A stretch of DNA of 64,000 nucleotides from Bugula neritina. Its lineage: Eukaryota; Animalia; Bryozoa. The notes beneath the pieces are model-generated. The model saw only the letters and a program-made list of their open reading frames with translations, had not been told where the DNA came from and made no database searches. The stretch is from positions 20,476,628 through 20,540,627 of the forward strand of contig OZ037767.1 in NCBI GenBank assembly GCA_964035545.1. The letters run 5' to 3'. Shown here one piece after another: positions 24,466 through 60,806 of the stretch (within the stretch, counting starts at the first letter, position 1; every line of letters starts with the position of its first letter). A program made the position numbers and the translations under genes.

Positions 24466-27400
24466 TCAACTTTTATCAGTGGTTGCCAAGAAGGATGTGT
24501 CCACTGGATTAATAGTTTTACGAATGGCTGCCTTGTCTCTGATAGACAATTCCATTTCCTCGATGGCCTCGTCACTCAACAATGAATGGACATCATCTGG
24601 AGTACTAAAGCCGGCCTTGATCAGCTTCACTAATCCGGAGTCTGTTAGCGGGTGTAGCAGTGACTTGTTCCAATCCGCCATTTTCATACCTTTGTCATTC
24701 ATAACTACAAACATTGAAGCCAAAGTTTATTTAAATATTGGCCACATTTTACCATAAGGTGTACATGGCCCAATAACATTACAAAATAGTTAGATAAACA
24801 AACTATATTATATGCTTATGGATCAATTTCAATCAAATAATCAGTTGGAATATTGTGTAGGCTAGAATTAGTCAGTCCAGAAATCTGAGTTGGATGGTTT
24901 ACTGTGACACACACTAGTACAGAGGTGTAGTGATGGGTTTGCAGATGATCTGGTATTATGTGATGAAAGAAAAGACACTATAGAAGAAAGAGTAAAAAAA
25001 ACTAGAGAAAGAGATTAGAGGATGTCAGCCTAAAAGTCAGCATATCTAAAACTGAGTACCTATCCCCAAAAGAAGGCAGCCATGACATCAGATTAAAGGA
25101 ATACAATAGCTCTGAACAGGTCATTTTGCCTCAAAGAACCACATGTATTCAAATACCTGGGGACTACAATTTACCAGGAATGAAGATGCAGGGCAGAGGT
25201 ACATGTGCACATTGGCAGAGCCTAGGATAAATGACCAGAACTGACAAGAGTATTATGTGACAAGAAAGTCCCAAAGAGACTGAAGGTGCTCATCTGGCCA
25301 TTGACAGATTACCTTGCTGCAAGATTTAGTGTATGTGAAATGAGAATGTTGCATTACTGTCTAGGAATTAGTCTCGAGAGGCACAAAACCAATGAGAGCA
25401 TAAGGCAAGAAGCGAATATGTTAGACCTGATGGAAAGATTAGAGTAGTTCGGACATATATCCAAAAGAGAGAAAAAAGATATCAGAAGAGTACATGGGGT
25501 GCGAGTCAAAGGAAAGAAAAATTGGGTGGGAACGCCCAAGGCATAGATGGAAGGTCACAATCAGGAGAGATCTCCAATCCTGTTCCCTCAATGAAGAGGA
25601 TGCTAAGGACAGGGTTAGGTGGAGACGCTTGATTGAGCTAGGCCTCCGGCAGCCAGTTGCTACCCGAAAAGGACAGAGTGGAGATAAGTGAGAATACTAG
25701 TACAGTGGTATAAAAATGGGTTGGTTGGGAGAAGACCTTCAACTGTTTTAATAAAAGGTAAAAAATATATATTATTATTTTGTCTGACGAGTCATTCTAT
25801 ACCATAAAATAGAAGTGAAAATGACTTACGCAATGCTTCATCAGAACCAGCACAGCCACGCACCTCAAGAACTGTCCCATCATCATTGGTAATAACTTGA
25901 TACTGCTGCAGTTTCAATGCTACAACACACCACACTAAATGATGACTTCACACAGAGTGAAGATCTACAGTTTTGTAAACTATCTATCTTATTGCTAAGA
26001 CAAATCTCAACTGTACAAAAGGCAAAAAAAGGACAAAAGTTTTATGGTCACCAACAATTTTTGACTCTAGTAAATTAATCAGGTGTGATTATAGACAGTT
26101 AATATCATATTCTGTAAAATATTCATGGCTTTAAGGTTGATTGAGAGAATATTAAATGAGCTTGTACCGATTGAAAAAGTGCATAACTTCAAATTTTGTC
26201 AATTTTTTATTGAAATATATTTCCGAGAAATACAAATATTACACTAAAATGTGAACAGGGCACATGTGGTTCTGGTGACAAAGATCGTTTAGCTGGTTAG
26301 GAGTACTGCAGTATCCACAGTTTCTACCTTCTTCAAGGTCCATAAAAACTTTCAACAACTGCATTTGTGCGTAGGACTTTTTTTCTATTGGTACACGCTT
26401 AAACTTTTTAATTAGACATCGGCAAAATATCGCATCTTCATCTTCTACGGTCTGTACATTTTGGACATAAGATACCAAAGGTACTGATGTTGTCACAGTT
26501 CCGCTCCTCTGTATTGGTAAAACTTGAGATTGAGTCTAAAAATATTGGCAACTGTAAACTTGGGCCAGTTGAAATAAATTTGAGAAAGCAGTGTTTAATA
26601 AACAAAAACCCAGAGCATTGGGTGCAAAACCAGAAGACCCATGAAAATGGGTAGTACATAAAACCACTATAATTTTGTAAAGATTACTACTTGACTATGA
26701 CTATAGAAGAGCAACATTTTAAGATGCTGTACTGCAGATAAATTTTAGCTAAATTAAAATAGCTCCAATTGAATTGTGACCAATATCAATTATATTATTA
26801 TATGATTTTTATAATATTATAAAATTCTTCAACTATGTTCGATCAACTCGCCAACAAATAGACTTACCTTGCATACCACTTTTGAAGGAGGTTTTAACAA
26901 TGATAAGCTCAAGCTCTCTGGTTTTCGTTTCATCAGTGGTTTTGGAGTACTCAATTCACCTTTTAAAATTGAAAAATCATAAGTCCAAATCAACAGCCCA
27001 AATTTTGTACATTCAATAAGAACCAAGTTACTGAGAGTGTGATTGCTAAGGACACATGATAACTCAGTACAAAAATGTGACTCTATAGTTGAATAAATAA
27101 AGCTGTTACAAAAGAATGGATGAAGAGTTACAAACCTAAATTTCTACTAAGCACAGGCACTTGGACTTCTTTGAAAGTCTTAAAATCACTTGTAGATATT
27201 ACAACCTGTTTTCTTTTTGTGTCAGTGTCACAGCGATCCGCCAAAGAATGGACATCACTAATTTCAATACTCGTTGGTGGGAGGTCCCGGTGTTTAATAT
27301 AAGGGACTAACCATTCTATATGTTGAAATTCTTCCCCTAGCACTATTTCTTCATTTTTTTGTCGAAGAGCATTAAGATGTTTACCTAACCTAGTTCGATA

Positions 27401-27622
27401 GTTGCGATATTTCATCCTCAAAAACTCTGTTGTTACATCTAATTCATCTGCAATGGACTTCCATATTTTTCGTTTAGTTGTTATATCAGTACTCTCGGCA
27501 GTAGTTTTGTTATAAAGACATGGATGCTTTTTAACTAGCTCCATCATTTCCTTTTCATCTACTTGCATTGCTAAAGGCCAAACTCTCTTCTTTCTACACT
27601 CCTTTTCTTCTGATTCCGACAT
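24466..27622 (-). CDS. MADF + BESS + C-terminal SAM-like domain protein, about 371 aa
   Basis: Exons 27622-27136, 26959-26868, 26535-26328, 25919-25830, 24704-24466 in phase. MADF: LVKKHPCLYNK...KIWKSIADEL...KYRNYRT. BESS: DEDAIFCRCLIKKFKRVP.EKKSYAQMQLLKVF. The last two exons are inferred from splice phase. Confidence 0.75.
24930..25695 (+). mobile_element. 5'-truncated, decayed RTE-clade LINE in an intron of the MADF gene
   Basis: FADDLVL RT motif, FKYLG, VLCDKKVP and a GRPR..W-like C-terminus. Flanked by an imperfect 17-bp target-site duplication (ACTAGTACAG[A/T]GGT[G/A]TA) at 24913-24929 and 25696-25712. Confidence 0.8.
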
Positions 27623-28171
27623 TGTCTGGTAAACAATAAATGCAATTATAACAGAACAGCTGTACACATGAGCACATTTATAGGTGCAGTAATGGATATA
27701 TTATAATAACCTGACCTCTTTGATGGCCTATAAATTTTGGTTAAAAATGTTGCTAAAACAAAACTCCTTTAGTGACGCTCCTCATTTTAAACACAGTCCT
27801 ACACACAGATATACAACTACATTCATGAACTAATATTTCAAGTGAGAAGTTTCTCAATAACATAACTACTTAGTACTATTAGTTTTTGCTAGCGTTTTAG
27901 AAAAATCTCCTATATAGATTTATAATAAATACACCTACAGAAGAGCTATTATAATAAATATACTTAAAAAAAAAAAATCAAAATTTCTATGATTTTTTAT
28001 ACCCAGTATTAATGATGGTGGCCGATGGATGGTTAGTGAGAAAGAATATGAGATTCACTATGAGCACTTTAATTGCAATTTTTAAACTACAACACTTGTA
28101 GCTTACAGTTTTCCACACTAAGAAAGAGGGGGGTCGGAGATAAGTAGTTGGTGGGTTCGCTTATAACCCCA

Positions 28172-28544
28172 AGATTTAGGTTCCAACCTTTTCAGACCAA
28201 GGGCCGCTGGTAGGGAGTATTCTGGTAGTGAGGGCCAAAATTATCTTGAGCTGGGGGCCATTGCAGATCATTATTTTTCAAATTAGTTTATTCCAAATTC
28301 CTATGAATCACTACACAATTGAAGTCCCAATAATTACTGCAGACTGCATGTTCTGTAGCATGTATAATGTATATATATAAGACACTCAACAGGTGGTTTT
28401 TCTACTCCAATTCATGTGTGCAAAATAATATTATTTGTGACGCTTTGGAGGGGCACATTAATGTAGGCTGGGGCCACGATAACGTAGCATCCACAACTAA
28501 TAACAACTAAGATTATAAGGAGAGTGGGTGGTTGAAAAATCCTG
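28172..28544. mobile_element. Possible decayed hAT-like MITE
   Basis: The left end GGTTCCAACCTTTT..GGGCCGC and right end GGTTGAAAAATCCTG resemble hAT MITE termini; internal GGGCCA motifs. Confidence 0.35.
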
Positions 28545-28808
28545 TGTTCTGTTTCTAAGTTAAAAGGGATCAAGAACGAACCCTTCCAAAAACTGCCCTT
28601 CTATCACTTTGTTTAATAAATGGACAGATGTCTTGAAAAGTGAGAAAATAGATAATTAAACTACTGTAGCATTTAAAACAAATAAAATTTTATAGACAAA
28701 TTAATCACTATTAAGTATTAATATTACCAGTCAATCAACTACACGATCAACCACAGTTATACTTATTTCAATGCTTTAATCTGTTACTTTAAATTTTGAC
28801 ATTCATTT

Positions 28809-28961
28809 AGGTGCAGTAGTGGAGAAATTGAGTTAGCCCAAGTTCTGCAATTTCATTAATAAATTTCGGTTTAGGGCGCGGGTTGAAATTCTCACGAGAA
28901 CATAACTTCTTATTTCTAATCTAGAACACAGGCTTTTTACAATTTTTCCATTATTGCACCT
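28809..28961. mobile_element. Short MITE with about 23-bp TIRs
   Basis: TAGGTGCAGTAGTGGAGAAATTG ... CAATTTTTCCATTATTGCACCTA. Related single ends occur near 27681 and 31311. Confidence 0.55.
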
Positions 28962-29499
28962 ACTTCATCATAATATTATTAATATTATTATTTAACTTGA
29001 AGTTAAACATTACGTCTTCAGTTTTATTGCAGTCGTGGTATCTAGTTATACTTATTATTATAATTTATATCATACTAATAGTAGTAGTAATACTAATAGT
29101 AATAGTAGTAGTAATACTATTACTATTAGTAATAGTAATACTCATTCATCACTATCACGATGTAAATTACAATACTAACAACTAACAAGTAACACCTATA
29201 ACTTATAGTTATTAGTATTGTAATTTACATCGTACATTTACTTATAGTATAGGTAATAATAATATTATTAGTTAACTTTAAGAGTAATATTTAATTTTAT
29301 AATCAATTTAAATTAAATCGCGAATTGTATTAGTATTACTGTTACTGGAACAGAAATTACGAATATCAACATGTGGCCATATTCATATCACGTATTGATG
29401 AAGCAAGTTTAAATCATGATATTAATGTAAATGCTATTACACTTACCAAACCGATAAGATGGTATCGGCAACTTTATAAAGATAAACTTAAATATTATG

Positions 29500-29760
29500 T
29501 GTGCGAAGTCGAATGAGACATACTTCCTGCGTCTCGAACAAGTAAACCAACAGTTTGATAGTAGCGATGCGCGAGGAAAAGCGCGGAAAAGGCGGTGCTA
29601 CTGACACAGTGTGAACTAAATACTAACAACAATAGCAATAGGCCCGGTTCACAACTTGGCAAAGTATAGCCGCAGCACACACAATCGCACGATTACTACG
29701 CGCAACATTGACCGGCGATAAGGCTTCGTGACGTATACAATCGATGTCTATTTGTCGCTA
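29500..29760. promoter_or_regulatory. CpG-rich putative promoter of the MADF gene
   Basis: A local CpG cluster just upstream (minus strand) of a strong donor TTG|GTAAGTG near 29447, suggesting a non-coding first exon. Confidence 0.4.
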
Positions 29761-30132
29761 TATTTATCTATCTGAGAACACAACTCCAAATATCGTTATA
29801 ATTCTGTTGTGTATGACACAAGCAAAAATTTTATATATATGGTGAGTGATATAATGTAAATGCATTTTACCGCATCTAAAATTTAAATTTATAGTCTTGT
29901 TTGCAAGTAAATACCTATTGACACAGCTAAACTCACATTTATCGAAAGCCTTTCCCCCCTTTATGTATTACATACAATAATATATAAAGTATTACCTAAG
30001 ACTGTGATCAACTGTCAACAGTTAAATTTCAAACAGCTGTATTGAACACCGATTGCTGCTCACTGATTACTTGTGGTTCATTATTCAACTCTCAATTTCA
30101 AACAAATGAAATATGCTGGAGTAAATCAAGTA

Positions 30133-32983
30133 CTAGTGCCAACTACAAGTATGTAAGTAGGAGGCATTTAACTGACCTCCCGACTCTAGAGCATGCTCTA
30201 ATGCCAGCTTATCATGATAGTTGAGGTTCAAGAATGCAATGTTAGCTGTACTTCTCTTCAGCAACTGAAGGTGAGAGACGTCTCTAAACCCACTTCGAAG
30301 GAGAGTTCTTAGCCCTGCATCTGTCATGGCATATTGTAGTGAAGCGTTCCACGTGCTCCACTCTGGGTCTATCACCACGTCAGCAGGGACGTCTAAATAA
30401 AGTCAGCGGTACATTTGAACGTAACAGGGATATTGCTGTATATACATAAATTTCGTACTTGCTATTTTTAAATATATATTGCAAAGTCAGTGTTAAAAAA
30501 GTTGCAGTTATAAAGCTAAATCATAAGACTTGAACTTAGACTAATAAAATACAAGGCATTGTGCTATCAGCTATTCATACTGGGTTATGAATGATACTAC
30601 AACAAGATAACATCTATTGGAAACTAATTAATTTATACACCTCAGTTCATCACTTGATGTGGTCACGCTGTCTATACTCCGTGAAATCAACACAAATGAT
30701 TAAAGTAGGCCTAGTGAAGTAGAAATAAGTAGAAATTAGGTTTCAAATGTCCTTTTAGTTTTTCTTTCACCAACCTGGGTCATAGGGATAGACTGGGGGC
30801 AACTCTGAATTATTTAAAATGACTTGTGGCAACATGGCAGACATTTCAGTAGTTGACGGCACGTCATTTCTTTCCTTTAATTTCATTAATTGAACTCTAG
30901 GTGACCTTGAGGAAGGCGGAGACACAAACTCTGAGGCTTTACTTCCTAGACGACGCTAGAATCATGTAGAACAGGACTAATTAGTCTTCATTACCTAGTT
31001 TTTCAGCTAAATGCAGATTTAACAAATAGTGATAGCTTTAATGGAACTTTGTAGCATAGGATGTTGTCTAATATAACGGCACATCAAAAATTATAAACTT
31101 GAGCTAAACGAAAATTTTCATATCTATGGCCAACAGCACATCTATGCATTAAATTAACTTTGTGTTGATTTGACTATTTTATTTTAAAAGTCGCAATGTA
31201 GAATTTTTATTTTCACCACAAAATTCAATACCCATAAAGTGCAAAAATAACAAATGATATTTTTACGTCATTCAAATGTTGATTACCAGCTGCCATTGAT
31301 ATAATTGAAGTAGGTGCAGCAATGGAGAAATTGCAAAAGCTGAGACAAGAAATGTGGCAATATAATGATGTTGCTCTCCTGATCGAAATCATCTTTTCAC
31401 AATAATTTTAACTTACAGCTCAAACAAATACTTATTAAGAAAACTACAGAGCTTAAACAATAAGTGTCTGTACCTGAATGTGATAAATTCCAAAATAATG
31501 AAAAATATTGTACTCCAATTTGTCAGAAATGTTTAGTTGTTCTACCAGTGTTTACAAAAGTGCCATATAAACATAAGAGGAAAAGCACAGAGCCACGAAA
31601 TCAGTTTCTCCTTAGACACACTTAGCTGTATCGCACGCCGTAACGTGAAATGGCAGCCGTTTTTAATGTGTTCAGGCTGGAGTTTTCTAAGCCCAATATT
31701 GGGTATGATTTATGACACTTCATTGAACATTTATATCTAATGAATTGACGCGAATGTCTTCCAGTCCAGTAGAAGCCCGCTGCAACATTTTTAAATCAAG
31801 CAGTGCTTGATCAGAACGTACAGTAACGCCGTACAGGAAGCTCAGACATTAGTAAAAATGGCTGCAATTTTACGTTACTGGTACGATATGGCGAAGAGTG
31901 TCTAGGGGGTTTATCTACTGAAGAGACTCACCACTGGGTGCTTGTAGATCTTCTCCCCAAACAGGTTGAGCATGTGGAAGTACTTCCACTTGGATCGATA
32001 GGCTGGGTTGGCGTGCTGTTTCTGCCTCTCAGTCACATAAAGGGATCTCATTTTTTTCAGCTAATCAAGCAGGAAACAAATTGAATACTCAAATATCATC
32101 AACTAATAAATAAATAAAAATACTGAAATGCTATCAACAAATAAATAAAGTAGAGGTAGCCAATTTCAGTATTCAGCAATTAGGAGAACAAATCAAAAAT
32201 AATCAGAATATTATCAACTAATGAAAAAAAAGGTAGTTAACTTCGATATTATGATCTAAATCCAATACAACTTTTATTCTAAGTTGTGAAATAAAACTGA
32301 TTTTTCTTTTTTGAAAACTTTTAGAAAAGCAGAAAACGGCAGTTGATTTATGACTGAAAAATTCCATGTTGAAAGATTAATATAAAGTAGAGCTGTAGGC
32401 AGTTCAATAAATATCTAACATCTAATATTTTAACTAAATATAAAAAACAAGAATCTCACACCATAACTTCTGCATGCCTGCCTAGTTGTTGATAGCTATT
32501 TGTGCTCCGCTTACAAGCTTTCAAATACTGACAAAACATCAACTCACCTTGGTGCGTACTTGAGTTCCAGTTTTGTTGGTGTTGATGTGGCATGCTATTT
32601 TCTGCATAACATCACTGTTGCGAGACATGTTCACCTCATCAGCATACCTAGCCCATCCTTCGATTAGGCTGTGGGTTTCATCGGAAGACCAAAAGGTTGT
32701 ATCATCATTAACGCTGATCGACGCCACAGCTGAAAAAATTGCTCTAACACATATTCAATTGAGTTCCTTACAATGTATAATTGTTGCCAATTTTTACGAC
32801 TTTTTATTTACCATTTGGATTAATAACGTGGATTTGATAAATGACAAATCTTAGCACAGCGAAAGTTCTGGCCTTCCCAAAAACATACTGTTGCATACAC
32901 ATCCCAATTTGATGACAGTGAGTTAGACTTGATGTTAGAGTCATGTTGTTAATATTAATATTATGTTATAGGTACTTACCCAT
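30133..32983 (-). CDS. Trihelix/GT-1-type Myb/SANT-like DNA-binding protein with C-terminal SAM-like domain, about 251 aa
   Basis: Exons 32983-32980, 32729-32548, 32060-31932, 30955-30775, 30392-30133 in phase. WSSDETHSLIEGW...KIA...KTGTQVRTKLKKMRSLY...WKYFHML fits the Myb_DNA-bind_4 pattern. Confidence 0.75.
31608..31909. mobile_element. MITE with long imperfect TIRs (about 60 bp)
   Basis: The left arm CCTTAGACACACTTAGCTGTATCGCACGCCGTAACGTGAAATGGCAGCCG resembles the reverse complement of the right arm, CCCTAGACACTCTTCGCCATATCGTACCAGTAACGTAAAATTGCAGCCA. Confidence 0.65.
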
Positions 32984-32987
32984 CTAC

Positions 32988-33088
32988 CATGATAATACTA
33001 ACCATCACCCTGGGTAGGCAAATATAATTGCTAATTAGTAATTAGCAATTATATTTGCCTACCCAGGGTGATGGTTAGTATTATCATG
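32988..33088. repeat. Perfect 101-bp palindrome (50-bp arms, 1-nt spacer at 33038)
   Basis: The arms are exact reverse complements on direct reading. Confidence 0.95.
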
Positions 33089-33523
33089 ATTGTTAAAGTT
33101 AAAAATCACAGTGCTTATTCTTATATTTGATTATCGGAGAGCTAGATTCTTTTTCAACATGTATAAGTTCAACTTGTTTGATCTAAGCATAATTATTTTT
33201 ATATATCACATTTTCATAATTTGCAATATATATCGTGTGTTTAACACATGGAAACACAACTTCGAAGAGTCTAACTAAAAAGCAGAACACGCGCAAGTTT
33301 TTCCACCATAATCTATAGTCTATAACTTAGTGAATTTCTTATATCATTGCATTTTTAGCTGCATCCTAGAAAATTAGAAAGTAGGGTTAACGTTGCGAAG
33401 TGTATAGTAGTATTTTTACCTTGTTGGTGTTCAGACTCAATGCTCATTGTAAATTTCTGTTGCGATCTTTATTCAAACCAAAGTCAAACATACAATTCGG
33501 CTCATCACTCCGACTTTCTAGAA

Positions 33524-33534
33524 AATATGGCGGC
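33524..33534 (-). promoter_or_regulatory. YY1 motif at the probable TSS/first exon of the Myb/SANT gene
   Basis: The minus strand reads GCCGCCATATT within a CpG-richer patch; a donor AAG|GTAAAA follows near 33420. Confidence 0.45.
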
Positions 33535-34834
33535 TGTATATTCTTGCCGTGAAACAGTTCGGCGAGAGCGCATTACCATCGAGTCAATCATTCGGCTATC
33601 AAAAGCGCACGTAAATATTTTATTAACAAGAGTGCACAACTCTGATTTATTGAACTTTCATTCCATCGTTATATCAAAATAATTTATAAAGAAATAATGT
33701 AATGCTGTAATACTACAACAAATAAGTAAGCCGTGCAGTGGCATTATTGAATATCTTCTTTTGTATTTCAAACTGCAAAATGTAATAAATTAAAACAAGT
33801 TTGAGCAACTGCTTGTTTTAATGCACATTAGAAAGCACAGATTGCTAGTTTGTATCATTTAAAGGATAATATTATATTTAACAGCATTAAAACTATTTAA
33901 GCATGATACAATAAAATATTTATTGTTTCATTTTTGACATGAGGAAAAAAATTAAAATATCAGTCGTTTGTAGTCACTGTAATTGCACTTTAAATCTAGT
34001 TATTTATATTTTGTGTTTAGGTTTTTTGCTGTCTTTTGATCTCAAACCTATGATAGTATCATATATATTTTCACAGTACTGATATGAAAGACTAACAGTA
34101 AAGTAAACCAGATTGATTTTAAGCATTTTGTTAAATAATTAAGGTTTAATTCTGTCAAAAGTAAGCCATTTGAAGCATGCAATAAAATTGTGTATAATTT
34201 TAGCTATCACTTTGTTATAGTTATACTTATCAACATATACATTAAAAAACTGCAATGCACGTGTTTGTAAACTATATTTTAATAAGAAATAAATATTGTA
34301 CATTATATACAAGAATGATAAGGACTAAAAATAGTGAGATTGCCAAAAACAACAGATAAAAACTATATAACAGTGTAAACAAAGGAGTTTACAAAACTGT
34401 GTGGTACTTTTTATGAACTCCTTTATAGCACCATAAGAATCTGATACAAGCAAGATTGAAAATACATTCCTAAAAACTTGCTGATAAAAAAGTTTGTGAC
34501 AAGTCAACAAATTAAGTGATTTAAATTAAACTATTGCTTTAGTGTCAAAACTCCATCAGCATTCTGATAGTTTACAACTATCGTCTATCAGGTAACAAAA
34601 GATTAAATCTTGGTATTAAAATGATCTCGTTATAACGATATCATAAAGTTACTATGTTGGAAAGTATTTACATTTATACGGAATTGTAGGTTTAAAACCG
34701 GGTACAAAATAGCTACTAGAGATATTGAAGTACAATGTCTAACTGTTGCAGAGATGTAAAAATTAATATTATAATGACTAGAAAACGTATAGAAAATAAA
34801 TTACTTCAAGTTATAAAAGATACTAAAGAAAGAG

Positions 34835-57693
<22,859 letters not shown>

Positions 57694-58649
57694 GTTGGTT
57701 GAACGGAGCTCAGTTAAATAATCAAGGTATAGAGTTGCCACTTGGCTATTGATGACTTGTAAAGTTTACACATCGTATTAGTGGAGCTGGAGAGAGAAAG
57801 ACATGAGCCTTTGAGTCAGACAGTTTATTTTTATATTACAATATATTATACAGTATGCTGCACTCAGTGTTCTCTAACATCCTATGTCCACAATACTTTG
57901 TCTATATATCAAATATTTTGTGTATAATTTACAGCTCAACTCCAGTTTGCCAATAACTTGAATTTACAATAGAAAGCAAAGTAAATATTTAGTTAAGGAA
58001 CACTGGAGTTAATCCACAGAGTATGAGTATATGAAAGCATATAGTCAGACAGACTGGTTAGGCTGTACAAGTCAAACTTCTTTATTATAAATAAACTGCA
58101 ATGTACTTTCTTAAATAACAAGCCTTTCACGGGCAGCTGACAGTAACAGCAATATGTTAGATATTTCAAATAAAAAGGAGTTATGAAGTTTCTAATATTA
58201 ACTTTTGTAGCGTATTCAAAAAAACATATCTTAACTACAATGAGCAGGTTTCAAGAATGTTAGCAATATTAAAATTAAAAATATTTGTGTTTATTTGATT
58301 GATTTTTTAAAAAATTTTCCAATACTTATGCAACTAAATTTAGGAAATGCAGGCTATAAATTAAAATAGACTTGCAATTTGTGTACTCTGCAATAGAGGA
58401 AGTTACCCAATATTTAAAAGCAAGTTTACTCAAGCGCACTAAACTAAACTTGACTTCTAAGCTCAACAGGGCTTGGTATCTATACACCTTATATTAGTTT
58501 ATAAAGTGTATTTTTGTGAGTTATCATCTCTCTTTATATCCTGAGACGCACATTTAGCTTGTAAGAAGTTTTGAGCTGGAGAATTGGAAATGCTGAATAT
58601 TTATGACTGACTTCTTAGAAATTTTCACATTTGCCGAGGGCATAAAAAT

Positions 58650-59146
58650 GGTGACTGGTCAATATTCGGAAGGTCCATTAGTCCGAAGGTCCATTAGTCC
58701 GAGTGGGGTTGCGGAATAAAATAAAATTGTTATTGGTTTTGTTTTGTAGGCCTATATGTATTGTATTGTAATTGGTCAAAAAAGTAGCAGAATGTTCTTA
58801 CTTGAACGATTATTTGCTATAAGTGCTTTACTTTTATTTTTGAGCTTATTATATAACTTTGCATTAAATATTCAGCATAAATCTCAAATTACTTTAAGCT
58901 CAGTATATATGCAAGCAATTAGGATGGCAGAGAAAGCTTTATTTATAAATCCTCATTCACATTATAAATTAAAAAGCTGTACAATAGTATCAATGATTTT
59001 AAAAGCTATTCTACTTCTATTGTAATAATATATTATGGTGTAATTTGAATAGTCACCAACTTGTTTCAGTTAGTTCGTACTAGGCAAATATTTTCGAACT
59101 AATGAACCTTCAGAGCAATGGGCCTCCGGAATAATGATCCGCCTCC
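58650..59146. mobile_element. Mutator-like MITE with a 9-bp TSD
   Basis: Exact CATAAAAAT duplication at 58641-58649 and 59147-59155. Imperfect TIRs of about 50 bp begin with GG and contain GAAGGTCCATTAGTCC-type subrepeats. Confidence 0.75.
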
Positions 59147-60094
59147 CATAAAAATGAGTCATACTTGACTCAAATATATTTTTTTTTAGCTTAGAGTTTG
59201 TCCTTCATGAAGAGTTCCTTTATCTTAATTACCAAAGTTATTAATCTCTGCCACCCAGTAAATTTGGGCAGCCCAAAACTGTAAACATTAACCAGCCAGT
59301 AGCAACTTGCAACTGACAACTAGCAACAGGTAACTAGCAACTTGCCATCCTTTATTAAGTCATGCTTGGCTGTGAAAAATGAAAAAATGGATACGAGCTG
59401 CAGATAATCAAGATGGTGTTCTGTTGCAAAATCCTATCTTGCTCTTCGTGAATATCTCACTCATCCCCCTTCCTTTTTGTGTGTTGCTATATACAAGCTT
59501 TTTTAAAGTCTGATTTGGAAAAATTGAATTAAATTTTTTTACAACTTTTACAGTTTGAGTTTTGCATTGCCATCTACCTCCATTTGTAATTTTTCATTTA
59601 AAAACACAGAAAAATAAATAATAAACTATTTTAGTATGCTAAGGATTGTCTATATGCTCCATATTCAGGGTGTGCTAATCTAACTCATCCAATGAAAATA
59701 GCTGATCAGAGATTGGCCAATAAAGATGAGTTCCAACTTGGCTAGATTTCAGTATAGCCTGGCTTGATTATTCATGTATGACCCTGAATCAAGTTTATAT
59801 TTCAATAATATTTGATAAAGGTCATTCAATATCATTGGAGGGTGACAGTCCTTTGATATTATTTGAAGGTGAAGGTCGTTTGATATTCTCACCATATGAT
59901 GGTGTTGAAATATTATTCAATTAACCTTTCTGCTATATTGAGCTTTGATCTCATTATGATTTGGAGTTAATTTCTCAATCAAATTCTCATGCAATAGATT
60001 TGCTGATCAACGGTTAATTTCTTCTATATAGAATAACACAGATCATGCCAGAAATCTATCGGAGAGCAAGTATACAAAGAGGAGTGTAGAGCAG

Positions 60095-60806
60095 CTAGAC
60101 TAATATTTGACTCACGGGGTATTTTGAAATAAATGCAACATGACTGATGAAATGTATTTATGCAACAAATATGAAATTTATTATTAAAATATTATGCAAA
60201 ATATTATGTAAAATATTATGTAAAATATTATTTCATCCGTGAAATGGGGTGAAAAACTGAAAATTCTACCCTAGCCGAGACATGCAATGGCGCCATAATG
60301 CCAGATGTTTGCCAGAAATGTTCTACACTCCCAGGGTGTATGACCAAAGAGAACTGTAAATTATGTTATATGATTTGCTACATATTCAGGCCATAAACGG
60401 CAGGCAAATGTGATACATAATTCTATAACTCTCTTTGCATAACAGCCATTGCCAAGAAGCCATAAATCAATGTCGAGTTTTAATTTCCATAATAGCAGAA
60501 AATATTATAATAATTAAACTGTAATAAACTTTTTGGAAAGGCTCTTCATAAATTGTTTTTATTTTGTATGATATTTAAATTTATGTGTTGTGGTTGACTA
60601 AGCGATGTTCATATCAATTTGTCATATAATTCTATGGTTGCATTAATTATTTATTTGCTTATTTTACTTATCAGACCTGGATAATTGGGTTGTTGAACAT
60701 TGGAATAATACCACATATTATTATTTATAGTTTCTACTTTTGTACATCACAGAAAATGGGCTAGACAGACAGACGGACAGACAGACAAACTGCTTATAAT
60801 TGTATT
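60095..60806 (+). mobile_element. Possible decayed Helitron/Helentron-type non-autonomous element
   Basis: It ends in an (ACAG)n tract followed by ACAAACT..TATA, a layout typical of DINE/Helentron-like repeats. The 5' boundary is uncertain. Confidence 0.3.
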
